Source: Nitrosopumilus sp.
Lineage (GTDB): Archaea > Thermoproteota > Nitrososphaeria > Nitrososphaerales > Nitrosopumilaceae
NCBI GenBank assembly: GCA_963662625.1
Contig: OY759726.1
Span: 1,440,001 to 1,504,000, forward strand
Length of the DNA stretch: 64,000 nucleotides
Direction: 5' to 3'
Shown here: positions 33,734 to 41,990 of the stretch, piece after piece
Layout: every line of letters starts with the position of its first letter
Position numbering within the stretch: the stretch's first letter is position 1
Notes under the pieces: model-generated
Databases searched by the model: none
What the model saw: only the letters and a program-made list of their open reading frames with translations
Told to the model about the DNA's origin: nothing
Made by a program: the position numbers and the translations under genes

Positions 33734-34828
33734 ATGTCGTCCAGGATCAAGGTCGGCCTGGTGGGGATAGGGAACTGCTTCTCGGGCCTGATACAGGGGA
33801 TAGAGTACTACCGGCAGAACCCCTCGCAGGAGGTGATAGGGATCATCCACGACAGGCTGGCCGGCTACGGGATACACGACATCGACTTCGTCTGCGGGTT
33901 CGACGTGGGCGAGAACAAGGTCGGCAAGACGATAAACGAGGCGATCTACGAGCACCCGAACCTGGTCGACTGGGTCGAGAGGGGCTCGGTGCCGGAGACG
34001 GGGGCCATGGTGCACGAGGCGCCCGTGCTTGACGGCGTCGGGCTGTGGGTGGAGAACAGGATAAGGCCGGTGGCGAGCACCAAGACCGACGAGCAGCTGG
34101 CAGACGAGATAAGGCGGGTCGTGAGGGACACGGGCGCCGAGATCCTGGTGTCGTACCTGCCCGTGGGCTCGGACAGGGCCACGCGGTTCTGGGCCCAGGC
34201 GTGCCTGGACACGGGCGCCGCGTTCGTCAACTGCACCCCGTCGTTCATCGCCTCGGACGCGCGGTGGGCCGCGAGGTTCGAGGAGGCCAGCATACCCTGC
34301 ATAGGCGACGACATCAAGGGGCAGGTAGGCGCCACCATCGTCCACAGGGTCCTGGCGAAGATGTGCAGCGACCGCGGGACGCGGATCGAGAAGACGTACC
34401 AGATCAACGTGGGGGGCAACACCGACTTCCTCAACATGAAGGAGCAGGAGAGGCTCGCCTCCAAGAGGATCTCCAAGACCGAGAGCGTCCAGAGCCAGCT
34501 CAGCAGGCGGCTGGACGACGACCAGATCTACGTGGGCCCGTCGGACTTCATACCGTTCCTGGGCAACACCAAGATCATGTTCATGCGGATCGAGGGCAGG
34601 CAGTGGGCCAACGTGCCCTACAACATGGAGGTGCGGCTCGACGTCGACGACAAGGCCAACTCGGCGGGGATCGTGATCGACGCGGTCAGGCTGGCGAAGA
34701 TAGCCCTGGACCGGGGCGTGGGCGGGCCGCTCAGGCCGGTCAGCGCGTACCTGATGAAGCACCCGATCGAGCAGATGTCCGACGCCGGGGCGAAGGCGGC
34801 CTGCGAGGAGTTCGTCGCCGGCGGCTGA
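33734..34828 (+). CDS. ino1: Myo-inositol-1-phosphate synthase
   Basis: VGIGNC, SYLPVGS, GDDIKGQVGAT, NVGGNTDFLNM and DKANSAG. Confidence 0.96.
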   Translation: MSSRIKVGLVGIGNCFSGLIQGIEYYRQNPSQEVIGIIHDRLAGYGIHDIDFVCGFDVGENKVGKTINEAIYEHPNLVDWVERGSVPETGAMVHEAPVLDGVGLWVENRIRPVASTKTDEQLADEIRRVVRDTGAEILVSYLPVGSDRATRFWAQACLDTGAAFVNCTPSFIASDARWAARFEEASIPCIGDDIKGQVGATIVHRVLAKMCSDRGTRIEKTYQINVGGNTDFLNMKEQERLASKRISKTESVQSQLSRRLDDDQIYVGPSDFIPFLGNTKIMFMRIEGRQWANVPYNMEVRLDVDDKANSAGIVIDAVRLAKIALDRGVGGPLRPVSAYLMKHPIEQMSDAGAKAACEEFVAGG

Positions 34829-34952
34829 CGGCCGCCCCGGGGACGGCGCCCAGCCGCTACGAAAAAACCGGTTGCAAAACAAGAAAAATGACCGTTGTGT
34901 CAACTAAACTTGTCAGTCATTGGTTATCCTGAGGCGCGGGAGTATAACGCCA

Positions 34953-37900
34953 TTGGTGCACATAAAGAAGGCCGAGATATTCGGCTTCAAGTCGTTCGGG
35001 TTCAGGAACACGGCCGTCCAGTTCCGGCCCGGGCTGGTCTCGATATCGGGCCCCAACGGCTCGGGCAAGAGCAACATCCTCGACGCGATCATCTTCGCGA
35101 TGGGGGAGAACAAGCCCAAGGTGATGCGCGTCGACAGGCTGCGCTCGCTCATACACGACATAGAGGGGGGCAGGCGCGGCCCGAAGATCGCCCGCTCCAG
35201 CGTCCAGTTCGACAACGCCGACAGGAAGATACCCGTCGACTCGGACACGGTCGAGGTGACCCGGGAGCTCGACTCCAAGGGGGAGAACACCTACTACCTC
35301 AACAGGAAGAAGACCACCAGGGGCCACGTCCTGGACCTGCTCGACATGGCGAACGCCGGGCTGGGCCAGCTCAACGCGGTGCAGCAGGGGACGGTCACGA
35401 GGATCTCCGAGATGACCCCCGACGAGAAGCGCTCCACCATCGAGACCATGATCGGCCTGTCGTACTTTGACGAGAAAAAGTCCGAGGCCCTCGAGCAGCT
35501 CGACCGCGCCGACAGGCAGCTGCAGATAGTCCTGGTGAAGATGGGGGACATGAAGGCGAGGATCGACGAGCTCGAGGAGGAGCGCAACCAGCAGCTGCGG
35601 CACGACCTGCTGGGGAGGGAGCTGGCGAGGTACCGCGCCATAGACACCGTGAACAGGCTCAGGGCCCTGGCCGCCGAAAAGTCGGGGAAGGAGGCCGCCC
35701 TGCGGGAGGCCGCGGCCGGGATCGGCAGGCTAGGCGGGGAGAGGGACTCCGTGCGGGCCGAGATGGAGGGGCTCGACTCCGAAAAGTCCAGGATCATGGC
35801 CGAGGCCAACGACTACAACAGGGCCAAGGCCGAGATCGAGATGGAGCTGAGCGGCGCCAAGGACAGGTACGAGTCGGCCAGCAGCGAGGTGAAGGCGTCC
35901 CGGAGGCGGGTGGGCCAGATCGACGCGAGGCTCTCCGAGGTGAGGTCCGAGCTGGGGGAGGCGTCCTCCAGGCGGGACGGCGCCGCCTCCCGCGCAGCCG
36001 AGGCCGAGGGGCTGCTGGAGGCCGCGGCCGGGAGGAAGGCGGAGGCCGGCCGGGGGCAGGCGCGGGCAGACGCCGCGCGGCAGGCCGCGCTCGACAGGCA
36101 GTCCAGGGCGGCGGCCAGGAAGGCGGAGGTCGACGGGGAGGTGGCCGGCCTGACCTCGCAGATGAACGAGGCCAGGCTGGCGCTGGAGCAGGCCAGGAGG
36201 GAGAGGCGGGACGCCGGGGAGAGGATGGCCTCCAACGCCTCCAGGCTGGAGGGCCAGGAGCGGGCCGTGGCGAGCCTGGCCGTGTACAGGGACAGGCTGG
36301 ACGCCATGGCGGCCAACCACGCCGCCTCGATATCGGAGCTGAAGGGGCGCATCGGGAGGCTCGAGGCGAAGAGGGCGAAGGTCGCCGGCGACGTCGAGGA
36401 GCTCGGCGCGCTGCTCGAAAAGTCCAGCAGGGCGGCCAACCAGTACGAGTCCAGGATAAAGACAGTCAAGGGGTTCATGCACGAGGACTACACCGTGGCC
36501 AGGCTCAGGGAGGACGCCGGCAGGCTCGGGATCCTGGGGCTGGCCTACGAGATGATATCGTGGGACAGGAGGCACGAGCGCCCGGTGCTGGCGGCCAGCT
36601 CCGACTGGCTCAAGGCGGTGGTGGTGCGGGACTTTGAGGCGCTGCTCGGGGTGGCCGAGTTCGCGCGGTCCAGGAAGCTGCCCAAGCTGAAGATAATACC
36701 GCTCGAGGCGATGCCGGAGCTCGCCCCGGAGGCGCCCAGCGGCCCCGGGGTGATCGGGGCGCTGTCAGACTACGTCCGGTGCGACCCGGCCCACCGGGCC
36801 CTCAGGGCGTTCCTGTTCGGCGGCGTGGTGCTGGCCGACTCGCGCGGGTCGGCCCGCGCCCTGTCCCGCGCCGGGCACAGGGCGGTCACGCCGGACGGCG
36901 AGTTCTTCGAGGCCAGGGCGGGCACCGTCGTCATCGACATCAACTCCAAGATATCGAAGCTGACCCGGCTCATCTCGATGAGCACGGACATCGACGGGCT
37001 GTTCCACTCCATCGGCCTGATCCGCAGGTACATGGCCAGGAAGAAGGCGCACGCGGCCAGGCTGGAAAGGTCCATCCGGTCGGCCTCGGGGAGGCTGTCG
37101 CTGTCGGAGCGGAACCTGGCGTCCGTCGCCGAGAACCGCTCCCACCTGGAGTCGAGGATCGCCTCGGCCGGCCGCGCCGGCGGGCAGATGCGCGCCAGGG
37201 TGGGGGAGCTCTCGGCCAGGTCGTCGGAGCTGGCCGCCGAGATCTCGAGGCGCGGGTCGCAGGTAGAGTCGATCGCCGGGAGGATCAGGGCGGCCGAGGA
37301 GGGCTACGCCGGCGGCGAGCAGGAGGGCGTGGCCCGCGAGCTGGAGCGGGCCAACTCCGCGAAGCTCGAGGCCGACCGGGCGCACACCGCGGCGCTGCGC
37401 GAGCACGGCGAGGCCTCCTCGCGGCTGGCCTCGCTGCGCGCCGAGGCCCGGAGGGAGGGCTCGCTCGCCCGCGGGCTCGCCGCCGAGGAGTCGTCGCTCT
37501 CCGCCGAGCGCGCCGAGCTGGAGGGGCGGATCCGCTCGGGCGAGGAGGCCATGCGGCTCGGGGAGGAGGAGGGCGCCCGGCTGCGCGGGAGGGAGCAGGA
37601 GCTGATCGCCTCCTCTGGCCACTCCATGGACGACATACGGGGGTACGACTCCAGGCTCAGGGAGCTCTCGTCCAGGGAGCGCGGCCTGACCAAGGAGCTG
37701 GGCTCGCTGGAGAGGGAGTCTGACTCGCTGGGGAGGGACCTGCGCGACATGTCCGCCCAGGAGGAGGGGCTCCGGAAGGTGATCTCGGCCTCGGGGATCG
37801 GCCGGGACGCCGAGACGTTCGACGTCGGCCCGGTGGTGGAGGGGCTGTCTGCCGAGCTGGGCTCGCTGCCCGTGCTGAACGCCAGGGCGCCGGAGCTGTA

Positions 37901-38471
37901 CCCGGAGGTCTCCGACGGGTACGCGCGGTGGTCGCCGCGGAAGAACTCGCTCGAGGAGGAGCGCGACAAGATAGTCAGGTTCATCGAGGGCGTGGACAGG
38001 GAGAAGCGGCAGACGTTCCTGGACGCCTTCGACACGGTCGACAGGGAGGTGCGCCTCGTGTTCGGCAAGATGACCGGCGGCAACGCCTGGATGGAGCTGC
38101 AGAACGAGGACGACATATTCGGCTCGGGGATATCGTACCTGATCCAGTTCCCCAACAAGCCCAAGAGGGAGTCGACCTCGATCAGCGGCGGGGAGAAGAC
38201 GCTGGCGGCCATCGTGTTCGTGCTGGCGCTGCAGAGGCTCAAGCCGTCCCCGTTCTACCTCTTCGACGAGATCGACGCGCACCTGGACGCCCCGAACTCC
38301 GAGCGGCTGGCCAGGATACTCGAGGAGCGATCCCGGGAGAGCCAGTTCATCATGGTGTCGCTCAAGGACTCCGTGGTGAAGAAGGCCGGGCTCATATACG
38401 GGGTGTACCCCAAGAACGGCGTCTCCAACGTCATCGCGTACAAGGACAGGAGGGCCGCCGGCAGGGCGTAG
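34953..38471 (+). CDS. smc: Chromosome segregation protein SMC
   Basis: GFKSF, GPNGSGKSN, coiled coils with hinge, ISGGEK and FDEIDAHLD. Confidence 0.97.
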   Translation: MVHIKKAEIFGFKSFGFRNTAVQFRPGLVSISGPNGSGKSNILDAIIFAMGENKPKVMRVDRLRSLIHDIEGGRRGPKIARSSVQFDNADRKIPVDSDTVEVTRELDSKGENTYYLNRKKTTRGHVLDLLDMANAGLGQLNAVQQGTVTRISEMTPDEKRSTIETMIGLSYFDEKKSEALEQLDRADRQLQIVLVKMGDMKARIDELEEERNQQLRHDLLGRELARYRAIDTVNRLRALAAEKSGKEAALREAAAGIGRLGGERDSVRAEMEGLDSEKSRIMAEANDYNRAKAEIEMELSGAKDRYESASSEVKASRRRVGQIDARLSEVRSELGEASSRRDGAASRAAEAEGLLEAAAGRKAEAGRGQARADAARQAALDRQSRAAARKAEVDGEVAGLTSQMNEARLALEQARRERRDAGERMASNASRLEGQERAVASLAVYRDRLDAMAANHAASISELKGRIGRLEAKRAKVAGDVEELGALLEKSSRAANQYESRIKTVKGFMHEDYTVARLREDAGRLGILGLAYEMISWDRRHERPVLAASSDWLKAVVVRDFEALLGVAEFARSRKLPKLKIIPLEAMPELAPEAPSGPGVIGALSDYVRCDPAHRALRAFLFGGVVLADSRGSARALSRAGHRAVTPDGEFFEARAGTVVIDINSKISKLTRLISMSTDIDGLFHSIGLIRRYMARKKAHAARLERSIRSASGRLSLSERNLASVAENRSHLESRIASAGRAGGQMRARVGELSARSSELAAEISRRGSQVESIAGRIRAAEEGYAGGEQEGVARELERANSAKLEADRAHTAALREHGEASSRLASLRAEARREGSLARGLAAEESSLSAERAELEGRIRSGEEAMRLGEEEGARLRGREQELIASSGHSMDDIRGYDSRLRELSSRERGLTKELGSLERESDSLGRDLRDMSAQEEGLRKVISASGIGRDAETFDVGPVVEGLSAELGSLPVLNARAPELYPEVSDGYARWSPRKNSLEEERDKIVRFIEGVDREKRQTFLDAFDTVDREVRLVFGKMTGGNAWMELQNEDDIFGSGISYLIQFPNKPKRESTSISGGEKTLAAIVFVLALQRLKPSPFYLFDEIDAHLDAPNSERLARILEERSRESQFIMVSLKDSVVKKAGLIYGVYPKNGVSNVIAYKDRRAAGRA

Positions 38472-38674
38472 GGGGGCCGAAAACCCCGCCCCGCTAGCGG
38501 TGGCGCTGGAACCCGCGGGCGCCCGGCCTGGCCGAGCGCCCCCCAAAGCGTTCCGGAGCCGCGCCCCAGGATCCTCCCGCGTTTTGCCGCGCATGTGCGT
38601 GTCCCGCCAGCACCTGCCCTTTCCACACTGCGGCCCCTGCCGCACCGGTACCTGGCGGGGGCTGGGGGATCCGC

Positions 38675-38786
38675 GTTAGGCACAGCCGATCACCTCGTAG
38701 GATGTGCCGGCCCCTCGGCCCACCGCCGGGCCTCCTCCCGCTGCTCCGGTTAGGCACAGCCGATCACCTCGTAGGATGTGCCGGCC
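38675..38786. repeat. Perfect 38-bp direct repeat enclosing 36 bp
   Basis: gttaggcacagccgatcacctcgtaggatgtgccggcc at 38675-38712 and 38749-38786. Confidence 0.95.
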
Positions 38787-39015
38787 GCACGAAAACCAGT
38801 TCCCGTGCCCTGAGCCACACGTACGCATCTCACGTGCGCGCGCCGGCAATCCGTTACGGGCAGTCCGCATATGACGCGCCGTAGGCATGAAGCGCGGATC
38901 GGCAACACCACACGCTCGCAACAAATCCAAGAAATGCGGCAGTGACGTGACTCAGTATCCGTGACTAAAATCGGATCAGGCGCGGCGCGCCAGACTTACT
39001 GTGTTACTGCATGGG

Positions 39016-39126
39016 GCGGATGCGGGCACCGATGCAGGCCATGCTTGGCAACCTGATTATCTCCGGGAAGGTCGCGCCGACTATGATCGCGGATGCGGGC
39101 ACCGATGCAGGCCATGCTTGGCAACC
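39016..39126. repeat. Perfect 38-bp direct repeat enclosing 35 bp
   Basis: gcggatgcgggcaccgatgcaggccatgcttggcaacc at 39016-39053 and 39089-39126. Confidence 0.95.
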
Positions 39127-39178
39127 GGGCGGACAAGGCAGCCAAGACGGTCCAATGTTCAACGCCGTTACTGCGTCC

Positions 39179-39254
39179 CACGCCAACCTGGACGTCATGG
39201 GGCACACCGGCAGGAAGCCCTTGGCGCCCAGGAACTTTTGAGCGTTGCTATACT
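39179..39254 (+). mobile_element. Probable IS 3'-end remnant (homologous copy at 58664-58739)
   Basis: 62/76 identity to the reverse complement of 58664-58739; IS nature and family inferred. Confidence 0.6.
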
Positions 39255-39388
39255 GAGTCTGGCTGCCCTTGCTTTTCTTGATCGGTAAAGCGCAAGGCAA
39301 TCCTTTGCAAGCCTCCTCAAGCTCGTGTGACCTAATTTATGTACGGGCCCACAGCACAATTCATAAATATAAAACGGGGATACGGAAA

Positions 39389-39607
39389 ATGGAGGCCATG
39401 GATACAAGAAAGTTCACCCTGCAGGTAATCAAGTCGCCAGAGGGTGGATTCACCGGACGTTGCCTGGAACTGCCTGCGGCCATCAGTGAAGGGGACACGC
39501 TGGAGGAATTGGAGTCCAATATGAAAGAGGTCATCCAACTGGTTCTGGAATCGATTGAGGAGCAAGTGAAACCAGATCAAAAGAAGGTCATAGAGATTCC
39601 AAATTGA
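39389..39607 (+). CDS. hicB: HicB family antitoxin (short form)
   Basis: EGGFTGRCLELPAAISEGDTLEELESNMKEVI. Confidence 0.9.
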   Translation: MEAMDTRKFTLQVIKSPEGGFTGRCLELPAAISEGDTLEELESNMKEVIQLVLESIEEQVKPDQKKVIEIPN

Positions 39608-39819
39608 GCCTCAGGAACCACAATTGGCTTGATGTGGTCAAGGCAATGAGCAAGCTTGGGTATGCTGTCATCAGGCAACGGGGAAGCCACATGATTTTGG
39701 CAAGCAATAGCGGCAACATAGTTCCTGTCCCGAGGCATTCTCCAATACGGGAATCAACTCTGAGACTGATTTTGGAGCAGGCCAAAATCGCCAAAAGCGA
39801 CTCTCTAAAGAACGTCTGA
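39604..39819 (+). CDS. hicA: HicA family mRNA interferase toxin
   Basis: LGYAVIRQRGSHMIL...VPVPRH...TLRLILEQA; overlaps hicB. Confidence 0.92.
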   Translation: MSLRNHNWLDVVKAMSKLGYAVIRQRGSHMILASNSGNIVPVPRHSPIRESTLRLILEQAKIAKSDSLKNV

Positions 39820-39857
39820 TTCTGGATCAAGCTGGCTCTGTGGGAGCATACGGGACG

Positions 39858-40192
39858 TAGTGTTCACATTAGATAATCGCCCGTCTTGGCGGCCTGATCT
39901 CCCCCGTGCATGGCATCGTCCCTGCTGGTTCCTTCATCTCGCCGGCCGGCCCGCACGGCCCGTTGGCGGCGCGCAGCCCCGTGTTGCGCCACTGTCCCCC
40001 TGCCGGGCCGGGGTCTGGCGCGTGGGCGGGAAAGTGCCCGGGCACGGCGTCCCCGCCGTGGCCCCTGGCGGCTCCCGTCACCTTGCGCGGCTTGCGGCAG
40101 CCCGCGTTGTCCGCAGGGACGGGCGCCTTCCCGGACTCCCTGCGGAGCCTGCCGGGAAAGTCCGCGAGGCTGCCCCCGTTCGCCCTCTCGCA
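39858..40192 (-). pseudogene. IS630-family transposase C-terminal remnant
   Basis: KALVLADNAGCRK...FPAHAPDPGPAGGQW, a decayed DNA-x-x-H / P-x-Y-x-P-E-L-N-P-x-E-x-x-W. Confidence 0.75.
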
Positions 40193-41326
40193 TAGTCAAC
40201 GCCTTATTAAACCGTTCAAACCATTGTGACAGCATTGCCTGGCCGAAAGATCCAGGCCGTGCGCGTGCCGACTGTCACCATGGAAAGAAAAAACATGCTG
40301 AAAAAGGGGCCGGCGTTCCTTCCCGGCACCGGCATGCCGTACCTGAAGGCATGCCACGGGAAGGAGGAATGCCCCAAGGCCCGCGAGAGGCTGCTGGCGT
40401 GCATGGCGGGGAAGGAGGGGCCCGCGGCGCGCCAGGCAGCGCCGGGGCCGGACCGCAGGCCCGCCGCCATGGGGGACTGGCCCGCGGGGGCCGGCCGGGG
40501 CGGCCCGCGGGAGGGGCGCGACGGCCGCAAGGAGGGGAGGCCGCGCAGGCCCGGCGGGCCCCAGGCCAGGGGGCCGGCAGCCGGCATGGAAAGGGGCCCC
40601 GGGGAATTAGGCTCCGGGCCCCCGCTGCGGGCCCCCAGGACGGTGCTGGCCCGCGCCGGGAGGGGTTCGGCGCGGGGTACGGGACAGGCGGCGCGCAGAA
40701 GCTCCCGGCCAGGATCGGCATGTCGCGGGAGAAGGCGGGGCCAAGCCGCCCCAAACCGGCCCCGAAAGGGGCGCAAGGCGGGTCCAAAAAAAGGCGGCGC
40801 GGCTGGCCCGCGGGTACGGCAGGCCAGGGCACGCCGCCCCCGCGGGGGACGGGGCCGCCGCCGCACCGGGCGGCAACAGGGCGCGCTGCGGCCGGCACGG
40901 GAGGGGGAAGGGGAAGGCCGCCCCCGTCACGCCCTCAGGGGACAGGAAGCGCGCGTTCGGCGTCCCCGGGGACGGGGAATCCTGCCGCATGTCCCGCGGC
41001 CAGAAGGATCCCGGCGTGTCCATGAGGTTCCCGGGCAGGGTCCGCGGGAGGTCCGGCAAGGTGCCCGTGTCCGCAGGCAACGCGCCGCGGCGCAAGCCCG
41101 GGGCGGTGCTGCGCCACGCGGGGGGCGCGGGGGCGTCCGGCCGGGGCACTTTCCCCCGCACGCCCCGGAGCCTGGCGGCACCAGGGTGCGGCGGGGGGTG
41201 ACGGGGAACCCCGTGGGCAACAGCCCGTGCGCTGACACCGGGGAGGCCGTGGGGCCCATGCGCGCCATGATCCGCAAGAGGGAGATCGTTCCGGTCAAAA
41301 TGAACGATTACTTAAGGCGTTGACTA
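40193..41326 (+). mobile_element. Degenerate IS630-family element
   Basis: Inverted ends tagtcaacgcctta (40193-40206) / taaggcgttgacta (41313-41326) including flanking TA; decayed motifs ARERLLAC, AGNAPRRK and FPPHAPE. Confidence 0.85.
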
Positions 41327-41750
41327 CGTACCTGGGTATCAGGTGGTAGTCCAGGGCCACGACGCAGCGGATCCGCCTGAGGATCCCCGGCCGCCTGGCA
41401 TCCCGCACGGTGGCGGCGAGGGCGCCGGAGCACCGCTCCCGCATGGCGTCCTGGCCGCCGCGCACCCCCCGTATCCTGGAGAGCACCCACGCCGACGACG
41501 GTACGCGGCGGGGCCCGTGGCGCACGGCGAGCGCCCCGGCGGCGCCCGACGCGCACGAGCGGTCCCTGCACATGGACACCAGCACGCGCACGGAGCCGGC
41601 CGTGCCGCACGCGGCGTTGTGCCGTCCCGAGAACCCGATGCCCGCCTTCCCAAGCAGCCGTGGCAACGTTTTAAACGCCTTGCCCACCACCTCAAGCCGG
41701 TGCCCCCGTGGTTCGTTTTGGTGGTACACGATGGATGACAGGGGCGCCTG
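41327..41750 (-). pseudogene. ISH3/IS4-like transposase N-terminal fragment
   Basis: VPSSAWVL...VVALDYHLIPRY, cut by the IS630 end. Confidence 0.65.
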
Positions 41751-41837
41751 ATCAATTGGCTTTTCTGTCCAAAACGTTCCAGTATCGGGCCAGGACATGC
41801 TGGCCGGCGTCCTGCTGGGGCACATTTCGATCTACTG

Positions 41838-41872
41838 GGCCAGGGGATCGTGCCTAGTTGTGCAACAAGCTA
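41838..41872. mobile_element. Solo IS5-family end, inverted relative to 14627
   Basis: Reverse complement is 33/35 identical to 14627-14661. Confidence 0.8.
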
Positions 41873-41979
41873 GCCCAACCGATACCGCTTTATTCCCTCG
41901 CGGCAGCATGTTTCTCGCGTTCCAAGTGCCTTGAGTCAACGGCTAGCCCAACCGATACCGCTTTATTCCCTCGCGGCAG
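41869..41979. repeat. Perfect 38-bp direct repeat enclosing 35 bp
   Basis: gctagcccaaccgataccgctttattccctcgcggcag at 41869-41906 and 41942-41979. Confidence 0.95.
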
Positions 41980-41990
41980 AGCATCCGCGT

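Noticed and set aside
8525-38645. Many long antisense or alternate-frame ORFs (e.g. 8525-10183, 24516-26336, 36765-38645)
   Set aside because: Shadow frames caused by very high GC3; Arg/Gly/Pro-rich with no motifs
38675-41979. Calling the 38-bp repeat pairs bona fide CRISPR arrays
   Set aside because: Each has only two repeats, the repeat sequences differ, and no leader or cas gene is visible; reported as repeats plus a hypothesis
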